Assembly (NCBI RefSeq): GCF_001194135.2
Contig: NC_068985.1
Coordinates: 90,891,261 to 90,955,260, forward strand
DNA from: Octopus bimaculoides
Taxonomy: Eukaryota
Length of the DNA: 64,000 nt
Direction of reading: 5' to 3'
In this document: in pieces, positions 1-13,439 of the stretch
Layout of the letters: each line of letters starts with the position of its first letter
Numbering within the stretch: position 1 is the first letter of the stretch
Translations under genes and position numbers: made by a program
Notes under the pieces: model-generated
Told to the model about the DNA's origin: nothing
Databases searched by the model: none
The model's input: the letters and a program-made list of their open reading frames with translations, nothing else

Positions 1-235
1 ATGTTCGGGAAGTGAGAAAGTCTTTTACGTTTGTAGCCTACGCTCTTCAACAGAAAGCAAGACAGAAATAAGCTGAGAGAGAAAATAGAAAAGGGTTTTG
101 TGGCTAGCGATCTATCATGGTGAATGCCGAACAGAGGGGTCACAAAGGAGAGCTACGTAGAAGGGGAGATAATAAAGTAGTGGTGATCCCAAAGTGAAGG
201 TGCGCGTGCGTGTGTATGTGAGAGCCTGTATGTGC
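1..235 (-). mobile_element. Solo pLTR-like fragment of a Penelope-like element, with degenerate hammerhead-like motif (22-57); truncated by window start
   Basis: Minus strand reads CA-rich tract, pyrimidine-rich tract, then CTTT-CTGTTGA-A-GAGC-GTAG-GCTA-CAA-ACGT-A-AAAG-ACTTTCTCACTTCCCGA. This is homologous by eye to 8543-8600 and to the PLE-associated repeat at 50904-50960. Confidence 0.55.
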
Positions 236-304
236 GTGTGAAAGGATGGTGGTGATATTGACGTGTGCGTGTGTGCATGTGTAGGTGTGTGTATGAGGAA
301 TACA

Positions 305-530
305 TCTATATGTGCGTGTCTTTGTTTCTGTGTCTGTCTTTGATTCCTGCCACCGCATGAAAACCGGTATCGATCTGTTTACATCCCTGTCACCTTGTGG
401 TCCGGCAAAAGTAACCATTAGAATGAATACGGTGCTTTAAAATATCTTGGGTTCGGCTAAAACCCTTCGAGGCGGTGCACTAGCATGGCCGCATTCATGT
501 GTTAGAAACAAGTAAAAGATAAAAGACAAG
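305..530 (+). mobile_element. 3' half of tRNA-headed SINE family C (microsatellite-containing, CORE-like)
   Basis: GGCGGTGCACTAGCATGGCCGCATTC...GAAACAAGTAAAAGATAAAAG matches the 3' end of the copy at 16299-16712. Confidence 0.7.
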
Positions 531-550
531 AGATAGAAGCAGGATATATC

Positions 551-600
<50 letters not shown>

Positions 601-649
601 CAGTGTTGGTGTTGTTGGTGGTGTTGGTGGTAACCCCACTATTTACTGA

Positions 650-696
<47 letters not shown>

Positions 697-790
697 TTGT
701 ATATACAAACCGGTGTTTGTGTGTGTGTATGTGTGTGTCTGTACATGTATGTATATGTGTGTGTGGCTGTATGTGTGCATGTGTGTGTGT
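551..790. repeat. Compound microsatellite (AGT)n/(GTT/GGT)n/(TA)n/(TG)n
   Basis: Directly visible; explains ORFs 437-805, 603-794 and 697-927. Confidence 0.95.
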
Positions 791-3504
791 ATAAAATGTA
801 CTCACTACACACTATGATTGTTTTCCTCTACGCCATATGGTACTGGATTATCTCACAGATGAAAAATATGTTTGGAGCGAAATCTGTGGAAATTATGTTC
901 CATCTCGTGGCCTTGAATCTTGACTAACCTAAACTAAATTGCAAGAATCGATGATTTGGAAAACCGCATTTGAAATAAGCCTGCTGTTTCATAAACATCC
1001 AGTTACAAAGCAACCGTCCTTGTGATCCACATAATCCGTAATAGCTATTTTGCTACTCAACGCAGATGCACACACACATTTGCTCTCACTCTCCCTCCTT
1101 TCTCTCTGCCTCTCTCTCTCCCTCTCCCTCTCTCTCTCCCTCTGTCTGCCACATACTCACACACATGTCTATGCATGATAAACAAGATATGCAGTATACA
1201 TCATGATATAAACTGCATCGGGTGTTTGTCATATTTTTTTCTTATCTGTTGCATATATCAGAATCGGACATAGTGTTAAGTACAGTCGATACAAAACCAT
1301 AATATTGGTGTATCTAAACTCACCAATACATATAACTGTATACATAATATATATATATGTCTGTATGTGTTTCTCTGTTCGTCTGTAACTGTGTGCGTGA
1401 GTGTGTATGCGTCTGTGTGTGTTTAAGTGTATGTATGTATGCGTGAGCATGTCTGTGTTGGAGGAGGGATTGTGTTGTGTGTGTATGTACATGCATTTTA
1501 TTAGATGCAAATTCCTACCGCAACAGTTTCCGCCTACCGAATCTATGGTATAAGCCACTTGTCTAATGTGCAATTAAATATGAAGGAAACCAGAATCACG
1601 TAGATGTGAAGAGAAATTCTCAACAACAACATATTCAAGTCTATGCACATGTTATTCATTTATTGGGGAAGTGCTTCTGACAATTTCAGGAATAAAGTTT
1701 AACGTAACTGATATGAAAACCATCATGATATAGCTTGTAAAGCTATCAATATTTAATCGCCCTGAACGAAAACTTTTGAATTATAACCTAAGTTAAGGAC
1801 GGAGAGTCACTAAGCGTGTTAACCAGATGGCTATGATTTAATCATTATGATATCTTGTATAGTAAATTTCGCTTATTCTCTGGACGATTATTACACCACA
1901 GACATACCATACATATTCCATGACAATTTCCATAATACCTATTCTTTCTTAAATTTGAATATGCAACGTATGTAAACGTTTTCTTTTACTTAGTACTTTT
2001 GATTAATCATTGTGAAATGGTAGCTTTCAGACCTAAAGCACCGACTCCCTGAAATGCTTTTAGAATTGAGTTATATACGATAATACACTGGTGTACACCT
2101 GATGGTGAATATTAGTCGTGGAAAAATATATTGTTAACAATAAAAACAGTTAGGGAATGTAAAATGAGGTTTCGACTGATACAGCTTTGGTCCTTAAAAT
2201 AGTAATTTTGCTTTGATGTGACCACATTAAAGTTGAAGTTTGAAAGAACCGAATAATGAAAAGCAAACTATTGCCATTAATTTCAACAATGATATCAACA
2301 CCGTATCCAGCCATCCATTCATCTATTGTTGAAATATATCAAAGCGAAGATGAGTCAAAATACTGTTTCAAACGAAGGTGAGCGATAACAATAATAAATG
2401 ATGTGAAACCGAATATACACCAAAGAAACTACTCTGAAAGAATAAAAAATAAATAAATAAAGTATAACCAACTATTTAGTACCGAGACTACTGGAGAATG
2501 AAATGATCTCTGCTCTTCTAGTATTGATTATAAAACTTATAGAATTGAAGAGGAAACTAGGTGAGTCTAATTGTAATGTGTAGTGTGACCATGAATAAAA
2601 CGATTGTATGTAATATAGTAAGCGTAACAATTAGATTAGTTGCTTTATACAATTATACACAATCTTATTTTACCCAACCTAGATAGTGAAGAAATAAACA
2701 TTCTCTGGCATAGTTTCTTTCAGCTTATTTATCGTTCTTTATCGTTCTCTGTACAGTACACGTCTAGACTTGTTTTTCTAAGAGATATATTGGTTTTAAA
2801 TAATATATTTGAAGACTTATTTTTTTTCCTTTTGAAATAATAGAGATACTGAAGTGTTTGACAAGTCAACAATCAATGATGAGTTGAAATCCATGATTAC
2901 CGTGAGGTAACACATCTAAGAAGAATATAGCAGTAGGGCTCTTGTAGTCACGTTTACTACTGCTAATATTATCCTTTCGTGTGTAAGATGTCTCACGACT
3001 ACATCCAATATTATCCTTCTCTGTGACAACTAAGGAATTGATGGATTCAGAATATCACAAGTATTCATGACACTCTGAACACCAAAAAAAAAAAAGGATA
3101 CTCAAAGCCGCTCCACACAAATATCATCCAGAATTGCCGTACACTCATTTATGATACCTCGTCTCGAATAATCAAGATGCAGAGGAGATGGAACTTTATG
3201 CAGGTGAAATTCTGTACGTCAGAAAATTTTATACGAAACGAAGTGCGTGATTCCACTCCCATATTCCCACCAGATATCTCTTCACGTTTTTCACATCCTA
3301 TAAATCATAACACAATGTTATCGCTCGGTCTTTGGTTGAAAATAAATCAGTACGTAATCTGAGTCGCAGTTTCAACTCCATTGTCAATGTCTAAATCTTC
3401 ATGATAGACGACGAAAAGTGATAGCGGTTCAAGNNNNNNNNNNNNNNNNNNNNNNNNNNNNNNNNNNNNNNNNNNNNNNNNNNNNNNNNNNNNNNNNNNN
3501 NNNN

Positions 3505-3538
<34 letters not shown>

Positions 3539-3699
3539 TGCAGTGTTTTGTGTTCAACTAGTATTTTGTCTGCAGTAAATTTCATTCTTAATTTTTTCTG
3601 TCTAGTAGTACGCTTGAGAAACAAGCAAATTGTCCCTAGAATAACACTAATATCTTACAAGAAAAAAAATACTTTGATTTGCAAGCAGAGAACAGCCTT

Positions 3700-4400
3700 A
3701 GATAAATATTTCTGCCTCATCAAGCATCATCAGTCAATGAGTTCACCTAAAATATTTCCAGTAGCTAAGGGAGATATGTAAGTAGATATGATGGTTAGAT
3801 CACACAATCTACCGATCAGCAGCCTGGGAATTATAGTGTGATAAGCACTTTTAATGTTAGTAATCGGACGTCGATGAAAATGACATATTTGAAGTGTTGG
3901 ATTATATCATGGCGGTGACGATCGCAAATATTGAATTTTGATGTGATAGAATAATCGGGAGTCTTTACAGATATTAGCAAAATATTCGACATCGTCTCCA
4001 GCTGTGTAGAGCGCAGTTGGAAGTTGATTTAGAGAAGTGTGCATTGAAACCATGAAGAGCAAAATGAGAAATTGATATTCAATCACCTGGATGTATCGCG
4101 ATTTTATTAACTGAGACATATTCAATATTTCTCCATTTGTTTTCTATTCTCGTGCTGAGTGTATAATATGTTAATATGTCATGTGAAATCGTTGGAGAGT
4201 ATTAATAATAGTATCAAGTAAGCCAGTTGAACGTGTTGCATGGAGGGTGGTCGATGACATGGAATGTAGCCAGACGAAGCGAGAGACAGAATGAGTGAGA
4301 AGGACGGAAGGAGTTCCGAGCATCAACTCTCACTGTCTGCAGTTGTTTGCAAAAAGATGCTGGCTAAGTTTGTCATCCACGACAGTAAATCCAGTTAAAA
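3700..4400 (-). pseudogene. Possible highly decayed LINE reverse-transcriptase relic
   Basis: Minus-strand peptides QTVRVDA (cf. QxVxVDG) and LLFMVSMHTSLNQLPTALYTAGDD (cf. LLFLIFINDL...YADD). Spacing is non-canonical and similarity weak. Confidence 0.25.
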
Positions 4401-5896
4401 CGTGGTCGGAAGCAATCTAAACTATTCATTCTAAATTGATCATGAAGACACAACATATGGAATTATAGTGGTTCTCTTAAAAATATCTGCGTTCCTGCCA
4501 TAAAGACAGGAATATTTATTCAGTTATGTTCAGATGGGTAATCCACCACCAAATTAACGTGATTACTAGTTAATAACTCATAATTATTTATTCCACATTG
4601 GAAAAATTCTTTTATATAGAACTATTTCACAGAAATACATATGTGAATAATAATTTGAAAGAAAAGAATTGCTTCAGAGATTATTTGAAGGGGAAAATAT
4701 AGGCAAGTTAAGTGGGGATGCAAACGGACAATACTCAGAAAATTAGGTTTGCAGTAAGAAATAGCTTTCATGTATCAAGTCTTAATCAGAATACTTCGTT
4801 ATATAGGAGGCTATATTTTACATGATTTTTGGCACGTGTTGTGTTACAATTGAAAAGCCAATATTTAATATTTTAAATAAAGGTGATAAGCATTGATTCC
4901 TAATGTAAGGCATGCGAAATCAATTGATGCACAGTCTGGTATGGATATAGAGATGCTAAAATATATCTGAAACATTAATAAATTGCTGAAGATGTTAAAA
5001 AATCTTACACTAGTGCTTCATTCACGTGATAAACTGCTGTACAAACATAGATCCATATATACACATTTATATAAAAAATACATATATACATACATACATA
5101 CATGCATACATACAAGCATTCATACATGCACCTACTTACAATTAGAAGAATACAGTTTACATCAATCTATGGAGCTGTTAAAATTTGTAAAAGTTTAAAG
5201 TTTAGTATCTAATTATATACCCGCATGTCTAGACATGCCACTACATGTATGAGAATACATGCATGAAACAAAACATACAAATCTACCCATGGTCTGACCC
5301 CAAAGTACAAATGAAATACATATAAACGTTTAAATATTCTAGATTTGATACATAGAAAACAACATATGTGGAAGCAGATATAAAAAGAGAGTCCGTCAAA
5401 TAGATTCAAGTTAAATATCTTGTTCCGGCGGTACATAGTGATGTACTGACCATACAGTGCTGCAGATTGTTTCGTAATTATACAATATTATCAAAGATAG
5501 TACTTGAAAATGTGTTTTGTCGATATTGGCCTTCCATAACGGGAAAAGTACAACGTTTAACATTATTTAGTACATTTTCACAGATTGCAGTAGCGTTGAT
5601 TTCGATCTCTACATATTTCTATTACATATGTACATATGAAGAGGAAATATATTCGATTTTGGCGTAAAATATTAAGTTCTATGTGGCCTGTATCATCGTA
5701 ATTAGTTAAATTGTCCAACTTTCCTATGTACATAATTCAATCAATAGAGTTAAAGAAACGTAGGCATACGTGAAATTATGTATAGCTCCATACACCAGTG
5801 TTATATTTATGTAATCATATTAACATGGAAATAATGTTATTTATATTCCGTTGCAATGCTATGTCGACAATGCAATATATAATCACGAGCACAGAA

Positions 5897-6270
5897 GGCG
5901 CAATGGCCCAGTGGTTAGGGCAGCGGATTCGGGTTAAATTATCTTGGTTTCGATTCCCTGACTGGGCGTTGTGAGTTTTTATTGAGTGAAAACACCTAAT
6001 TCTCCGCGAGACTCCGGGCGAGGGTGGTGGCGAAACCTACTGTACTCGTTCACCACATCTTTCTCTCACTCTTTCTTCCTGTTTCTGTTGTACCTGTATT
6101 TCAAGGGATCAGCCTTGTCACCCTCTGTCTAACGCTGAATCTCCCCAAGAACTACGTTAAGGCTACACGTGTCTGTGGAGGGCTCAGCCACTTCCACGTT
6201 AATTTCACGAGCAGGCTGTTCCGGTGATCGGATCACCTGGAACCCTCGTCGTCGTAACTGACGGAGTGCC
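5897..6270 (+). mobile_element. tRNA-derived SINE family A, copy 1
   Basis: A box TGGCCCAGTGG and B box GGTTTCGATTCC; colinear over ~370 bp with 13085-13439 and 20676-21054; ends GACGGAGTGCC. From memory it resembles octopus tRNA-Arg-type OR SINEs (unverified). Confidence 0.9.
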
Positions 6271-6638
6271 GTAGTAATATAGTCTCGAGTAAAGTACATA
6301 AGATGTTATGTATTAACATGATTTACGTTTTAAATATTCGCATTTAAGTATTCTAAATTACTATGCAATTCATATTAAGCAACCGCAGAATATATCATGG
6401 TATGTATTCACACATACAGTCAAGCACACGCGCACATACTAAAAAAAAACAATCGTGCATCTACGTATACGCGCAGATATATATGTATACACACATATAT
6501 ATATACTTGTGTGAAGCACGATCACATTCCTTGTAGTAATGATGTATCTACAGCTTAGAACAATCAGTCATACAAACACCTTTGTCATTAACATGTTACA
6601 TGTCTAAAGGGTCAACTGCAAATTTGAGTTGGTAAATT

Positions 6639-6806
6639 CTATGTGTGACTGCCATGTTGAAATGACCAACTGGTCTGTTTGTCTTCAGATGATGTAGTGG
6701 AATCTCGGCAAATGATTCCACTTCGCCGCCGCCTCTCTCCGGGTACCAGAAATTCAGCTAAAACCACTGAATTACATTTTTGGCGTTGTTCCAAATCATC
6801 AGTATA
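6639..6806. other. GC-enriched unique segment, candidate host exon (strand unresolved)
   Basis: Minus frame is open: YTDDLEQRQKCNSVVLAEFLVPGERRRRSGIICRDSTTSSEDKQTSWSFQHGSHT*. The plus strand has a good acceptor (TCTGTTTGTCTTCAG) and an open frame DVVESRQMIPLRRRLSPGTRN. No recognisable homology. Confidence 0.3.
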
Positions 6807-7831
6807 CTGAACACGATGTGTGTATGCGTGTGTGTATGAGACAGAGAGTGAGAGAGAGAGAGAGAGAGAGAGGCAGTGAGAGTCAGTGAGTGAGTGTGCG
6901 TGTGAGAGAGAGATCACTGTAAACATATACATACACTCACTCACACACATAATACGTATGTAATATACTATATATTCAGAAATCTATTCATATTTTTCAA
7001 CAACATTGTCATAAAACTACGTCTTTTCTTGACGTTGGAAATATGCAGAACTCGTAAGCATTTATGCATTTCTGTATGCGGAACACAGATTTTATTTGCT
7101 GCCTAGCTTGCATATCCTTATTGACAATCAATGCTTTTCTTCCATTTGGATATGTGTCCTATGAAAATTTGTCATTTTCAGACTTGTGATACATGTATAC
7201 ATTTCATATCTATCCTAAAAATATATGAGACTCTAGCTTCATTAAGAAATGTAAAAATATATAATTGCAAATAATTCAGCGATGATACTGTTAAAACATA
7301 TACATACTCCCATAAAATCGAGTAAATACTGAAATTTCAATGCAGAAAATACTACCGCTAGAAATAGATGGTACGTCTCCTTCATATGACACCCTACTGC
7401 TTACATTTTATAATTCAATGTTAGAACTAGGCACGATTTTCAGAGAAATAATTAATTCGATCATAGTTAGATAACAGTGATGCTGAAATGCCACGGCAGA
7501 CTAAACACAGCACGTAAAAACACAACAGAGATAAATGAAATGTTCACACGATCCAAAAAGCGCTTCCATAATTTCTACAAATATAGTCCACTGGACTCGA
7601 TATTATTTTCGTAGAAAGTAAATTTCATCCCTGCACATGTGCAGATACAATCACAGACAAGAGCATATCATAATGAAACAATCTGATAGGAAAATAGCCA
7701 TTAAATGCCTTAGTCACTATGTTCGTATTTGCCACCTAAAAGAGAAATATTTGGTCCAAGCCGAAGAATTCTCGTTTAATGTGTCTAATTTTCTTCCTTT
7801 TTACTTCTTTTTTTAATATGTTTGCACATCA

Positions 7832-8073
7832 AAAATCTTCCTTGGCCGAGCCAATCTCCTGACATGAACCTAATTGAAAATATTTGGAGCATACTAAATA
7901 GAGCTACACAAAAAAACTGTACAGAAACCTAAATCTAAAGATAAATTGTTTCGATTGTTGCGTGAAAATTGGGTAGAAATTCTACAAGAGAAATTCACAA
8001 AGCTCATCAGTTCAATGCCAAAATGAGTTTCTTAATTAAAAAAACTGCAAAGGGAATGTCAAATAAATACTAA
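7832..8073 (+). pseudogene. Tc1/mariner transposase C-terminal relic
   Basis: Translates NLPWPSQSPDMNLIENIWSILNR (Tc1 WPxQSPDLNPIENxW motif), then frameshifted LFRLLRENW...KLISSMPK, ending AAATACTAA (KY*). Confidence 0.85.
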
Positions 8074-8399
8074 GGTAAATAGTCCTACCAATCGATTACG
8101 TATCAATTGTTCGTTTTGCGTATTAAATAAATAAAAAAATCGAAAAGTAAAAGTGTCTATTTACTTCCTGCATGTCTGTGTATATATCTATTTTCAAACA
8201 TTAATGCTAGGTGAAAAATCTGCTAAGTTTAGATAAGCATACATACATACGAGAAACACATATCACCCCACAGAATGTTGCACTGGGTTACTTATACATA
8301 TAAACACACACAGAGAAGTTAAGCACACCCACACATATGTCCACCTGTGTTCACCACTATTTACACATATACACTCACTCGTAACATTCTTACATACGC

Positions 8400-8660
8400 A
8401 AAAGCTCTTACGTACCAAGTTCAGCCGGGACATCGTTATTTACTCCCTTTCACTCAATCTCTTTCTTCCGGTCATTTAATCATCTTGAACCGTTAATCCC
8501 TACTCATTGTTCTCTCTCCATTTGTTCCCCCTCTGAAACTCTCTGTAGAAGAGCACAGGCTCGAAACATCAAAAACTATTGTATTCTTCCCGGGAGTCAA
8601 ACTAATACACCTGCTTGTTCCCTCATCTGTCTTCGCCCTCAGTTTCTGCAATTTGAACAG
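8400..8660 (+). mobile_element. Solo pLTR-like PLE fragment with degenerate hammerhead-like motif (8543-8570)
   Basis: CTGTAGA-A-GAGC-ACAG-GCTC-GAA-ACAT-C, then TTCCCGGGAGTCAAACTAATACAC, homologous to TTCCCGAGCGTCCAATAACAC at ~50948-50970; preceded by CA-rich and pyrimidine-rich tracts. Confidence 0.55.
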
Positions 8661-9424
8661 TACATTACATACGTTTGTGTGGTCACATCTGCTTTAACCT
8701 GATTATCTGAAATCCTCCTCTACTGCACTCTTATCTCTCCTAAATTCTTCTCGAAATTTCGGTACGTCACTTCATCCACCTAATCATCACTCCATTCGGA
8801 TTTGAATTAGATCTTCGTACTCTTTCGTAATCTTTATGACCCTACCACCATGGATCTTACTGGTTTACTATTGATATATATATATATATATATATATATA
8901 NNNNNNNNNNNNNNNNNNNNNNNNNNNNNNNNNNNNNNNNNNNNNNNNNNNNNNNNNNNNNNNNNNNNNNNNNNNNNNNNNNNNNNNNNNNNNNNNNNNN
9001 NNNNNNGGCCAAATAAAACAACATTTCATCAATGCTGTAGGCATCGCTAGTTTTAGGAAGAATTGTACACACATTAGATGTACCGGAACTCAAGTGTGAT
9101 AAATATCTAAACGTACACTGAACTGGCTAAAGGAGTCTCAAAACCTGACAAACAGAAGTTACTTTCTACTGTAGCGTCTACATGAGGCGTCTCATTATCT
9201 CGAGATCAAATCTGTCACAGCTTGATATATTAGTTCAAGAATAATGAGACCTTCGTCTTAAGACAGTCCTGAGTTCAAATACATCTACAACGATACATGT
9301 AAATGTATAACAGACAATATTTAGAAGCTAACAGTTATGACAGGAAATTATATGCAATATTTTTTTAACATTGAATTAAAACTCATCGTCATATTGATTT
9401 CAGATTTTTTGAAGCAAAACAAGC

Positions 9425-9570
9425 AAAACCGGGGAAGGGGTGAAATCGAATGCAACGAACCCAGTTCTCATCTCAAAGATCTCGGAGGGTTTGAACTGCA
9501 AAAGTAATACAGATAAACTACAACTAAACATAATGCCGGGAGCGCTAATGATTCTGCCAGCTCACCACCT
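9425..9570 (-). mobile_element. tRNA-derived SINE family B, degraded copy
   Basis: Ends ...CGCTAATGATTCTGCCAGCTCACCACCTT, the same terminus as 22531-22746 and 63290-63506. Confidence 0.65.
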
Positions 9571-12500
9571 TAAAATTCGTTATCATAATATTGTAATGAT
9601 ATATATTTTATTTTGAATATACGCTTATGGCAAACCTAATATTGTGTGTTTTAGATCACATATAATTTTCTATCATTTTACTGAGAACATTATAAAAGAC
9701 TGCGATATATTTAAAATAAATTTACTTTATCACAAGTTAATTTAAATTTAAGTTTCCCTTCACAATTATATATTTATAAACGTGAGAGCAATGCTATTAT
9801 TCCAGCAATTGTGCAGCTTGTATATTAACGATGACCTTACAAATAAACATATAAATGCTTGAAAATATTTATTGTCCTGTAAAATTTATGGATGGAAATG
9901 GAAAACAGTAGACAATAATATTTACATCTGTAGTGTCGAAACAATAAATTTAAATACGGAAAACACATAAAATAACAAATATATTGACTAAATTAGAAAC
10001 ATAAATCTTTAAAAATGAAATACAATTTCATAATCAATGAATTGATAAAGAAAATATATAAAAAAATGAAATACGATTTTGGAAAACAACAAAGTTAATT
10101 TACATTACAGAAATAATTTTGCTTATTACATATTAAATCATGACTGAAATATAATTAGAAGTATCTTATGTAAATTATCAACACACCTCTTTTTCCACAC
10201 CTTCATTATGAGTACAGAGTTTCGCGCGCTAGAACGCTTTTATATAAAATCATGTATATGTACATACGCGTATATAGAACTATATACATCTATTAGTACA
10301 CGCTTATGTACATGTCTGCATGAATATATATATATGGATATATATATATATATATATANNNNNNNNNNNNNNNNNNNNNNNNNNNNNNNNNNNNNNNNNN
10401 NNNNNNNNNNNNNNNNNNNNNNNNNNNNNNNNNNNNNNNNNNNNNNNNNNNNNNNNNNNNNNNNNNNNNNNNNNNNNNNNNNNNNNNNNNNNNNNNNNNN
10501 NNNNNNNNNNNNNNNNNNNNNTTTGAAGATAAGCAACACAAATTCAATAGGTTATAGCAGTACGTACGTTTCGTACAAGCTCCATTTATTCATGTAGTGA
10601 GAACACCACATAGAATTTACAATGAAACTGTACTCCTCAGCTGCCTAATGGAATTTCATTTTAGAAAGTCATTTTCAAGATGTTTGCAAAAAACAAGAGT
10701 AAGAGAAGAAAACATACCATCTCGACTATGCTGCTGTTTAACAGACTAGACTGTTAAACAGCAGCATGGGAACATCGAAGTAATCTTGAAGCTGGAGTCT
10801 ATCTCTCTTCTCTAATGGAACTTGTTGAAGTGGTATATTATTTGATACAACCTGTATTTGTATAGCTCTTTCTTTACTCGGATATGAATGACATTTTCAC
10901 AAGCTTGTGCACCCCCCCACACACACATTAACACACACACACACACTCACGTACATACACACACATGCGTAAATACTTACATACATGCTTCAATGTTATC
11001 AATTCACTGAAGTAACAAAGACAGGAGCACTTTTATTGACATATCTCAAAGTATATTGGCTAAGTTTATTTTATTTGCGACGTGAACTATAGGGAAATTA
11101 TTTCCCTTCAAAATTGCTATTAATTGGCATACAATACATTGACAAGACACACGCTAAATTTCTATAGTTTTAACTATGCGGAGATGTTCTATTTCGTATT
11201 AGTTCTCCATTATTGCAGAAAGTTATATTATTGCACCTCACTTTCGAATAATAGAAACTCACATTTATCGTTTTAGTTGCTTACGGGCATAAAGCATTTT
11301 TTTTAAAAATGTGCATGCAATTTAATTGTTCAGTGAAAATTAATCAAGGCTTCCCTTACAAAGAAATTAAACATAATTAATGTTGCAGTGAGTGTCAATG
11401 CTGCCTTCTTATGTTTTCTGCCGGGTGCTGCTACGCACAAGTCACTCAATATATATCGACAGCTTTCAGTGGTGTACATATAAAATACAAAATTCTGCAA
11501 AAACACAAATTGTATAACAAAACATATCAATTGTGACAAAAAGAATAATAATTGTGTTTACACGATATTTTCCTAAACTCAGAAGTGAAAAATGAACAAA
11601 TTATATGACGTAGAAATATGATATGCATGCGTACCGATGCGCACACACACACACACACACACACTCACACACACACACATACACACACACACACAAACAC
11701 ACACACACATGCACACACATNNNNNNNNNNNNNNNNNNNNNNNNNNNNNNNNNNNNNNNNNNNNNNNNNNNNNNNNNNNNNNNNNNNNNNNNNNNNNNNN
11801 NNNNNNNNNNNNNNNNNNNNNNNNNNNNNNNNNNNNNNNNNNNNNNNNNNNNNNNNNNNNNNNNNNNNNNNNNNNNNNNNNNNNNNNNNNNNNNNNNNNN
11901 NNNNNNNNNNNNNNNNNNNNNNNNNNNNNNNNNNNNNNNNNNNNNNNNNNNNNNNNNNNNNNNNNNNNNNNNNNNNNNNNNNNNNNNNNNNNNNNNNNNN
12001 NNNNNNNNNNNNNNNNNNNNTAGATGGATATTTGTATATACATGCATAAATATATACACCTATATACCTATTGGTGTGTATCAGTTTATATGTATCGCCA
12101 TGTATTGTCTATGTATATATGTATATATATATTACACATACATGTACATATGTATGCACATATCTGTATGTAGGCATATGTGTGCATGCCTAACCCCCCC
12201 CCCCAATGCCATGCATTTACATACTCACATATATACACATGCATACACAAATACAGACGCACATATACGTACGTATGTATATGCATGACATAATCCCACT
12301 GCGCGGTTTCCCAGCATTTCAAAATAATAAAGAGTGATCTATAAAAAAATGAGAATCTAATAGGCAAGTAAAAGTTAATTAATTAGGATAGTGATAATGC
12401 TAAATTAATTTGAAATTATTCACCATTATTTATTTTAACAAAAGACTTCATTTACCAAATACATAATGGAAGTTAAATAGATTCATGTACAACAGTATTA

Positions 12501-13084
12501 TCAATATTTACATGAGCTTTTCACCCCAATGAAGTGTTGTATTCTCGTTTAATTACAGCAACAATGTACAATTTACAACGCATTGATTTGATTTTCTCTA
12601 CCAACGTAATAAATACTCTCAAAATCATGAATTCTAAATCTATTATCTCTGATAGGATGTAATTAATACCACTCAGCTTTCATAAAGATCCATGTACTAT
12701 TATACTTCAACAGGAATCCTTCCTAATGTTTGTAGTTGTTATGCAGTTGACGAAATATTTACTCTTCGCTTGAGTTCTAATATGAGCCTATTTCGTTAAT
12801 CACAATGATGCATCATAACATTATTACCTATTTTTTTTCTTTGTTTCGATAATCCTTCGAGGGAGATTCTTGCTCTTTTCTGTGTTATCATCAGATGAAT
12901 TAGAATGCTGTACTGCTAAAAAGTCTAGTGTTATTCCTTAAATATTGTATCGCATCATCCATTTTTCGACTACGTATAGCTTGCATTTCTTTGAGTCATT
13001 AACATATGCCATGGATGATTCTGAAATTTTGCACTTGATTGTATAAGGCGTGGAGCTCATCTTCAAACCCCATGCATGTCTAGC

Positions 13085-13439
13085 GTGGAGGCGCAATGGC
13101 CCAGTGGTTAGGGCAGCGGACTCGCGGTTTCGATTCCCAGACCGAACGCTGTGAGTGTTTATTGAGCGAAAACACATAAATATCCACGAGGCTCTGGCAG
13201 GGCATGGTGGTGAACACTGCTGTACTCTTTCACCACAACTTTCTCTCACTCTTTCTTCCTGTTTCTGTTGTACCTGTATTTCAAAAGGGCCAACTTTGTC
13301 ACACTCTCTGCCACGCTGAATCTCCCCGAGAACTAGGTTAAGGGTGCTCGGCTACTTGCACGTTAATTTCACGAGCAGGCCGTTCCGTTGATCGGATCAA
13401 CTGGAACACTCGTCGTTGTAACCGACGGAGTGCGAACAA
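13085..13439 (+). mobile_element. tRNA-derived SINE family A, copy 2 (two short internal deletions)
   Basis: Colinear with copies 1 and 3; lacks the segment between two TCGCGG repeats in the head and the ACACGTGTCTGTGGA segment. Confidence 0.9.

Noticed and set aside
2200-2400. Possible MULE transposase relic (PYPAIHSSIVEI)
   Set aside because: Only a single vague motif; not supportable.
5897-5960. tRNA genes at SINE heads (also 13085, 20676, 30750-30816)
   Set aside because: No acceptor stem or full cloverleaf, and each continues into a repeated SINE body.
6686-6730. SECIS-like ATGA...AAA hairpin
   Set aside because: No GA on the 3' side to form the kink-turn quartet; stem geometry is wrong.
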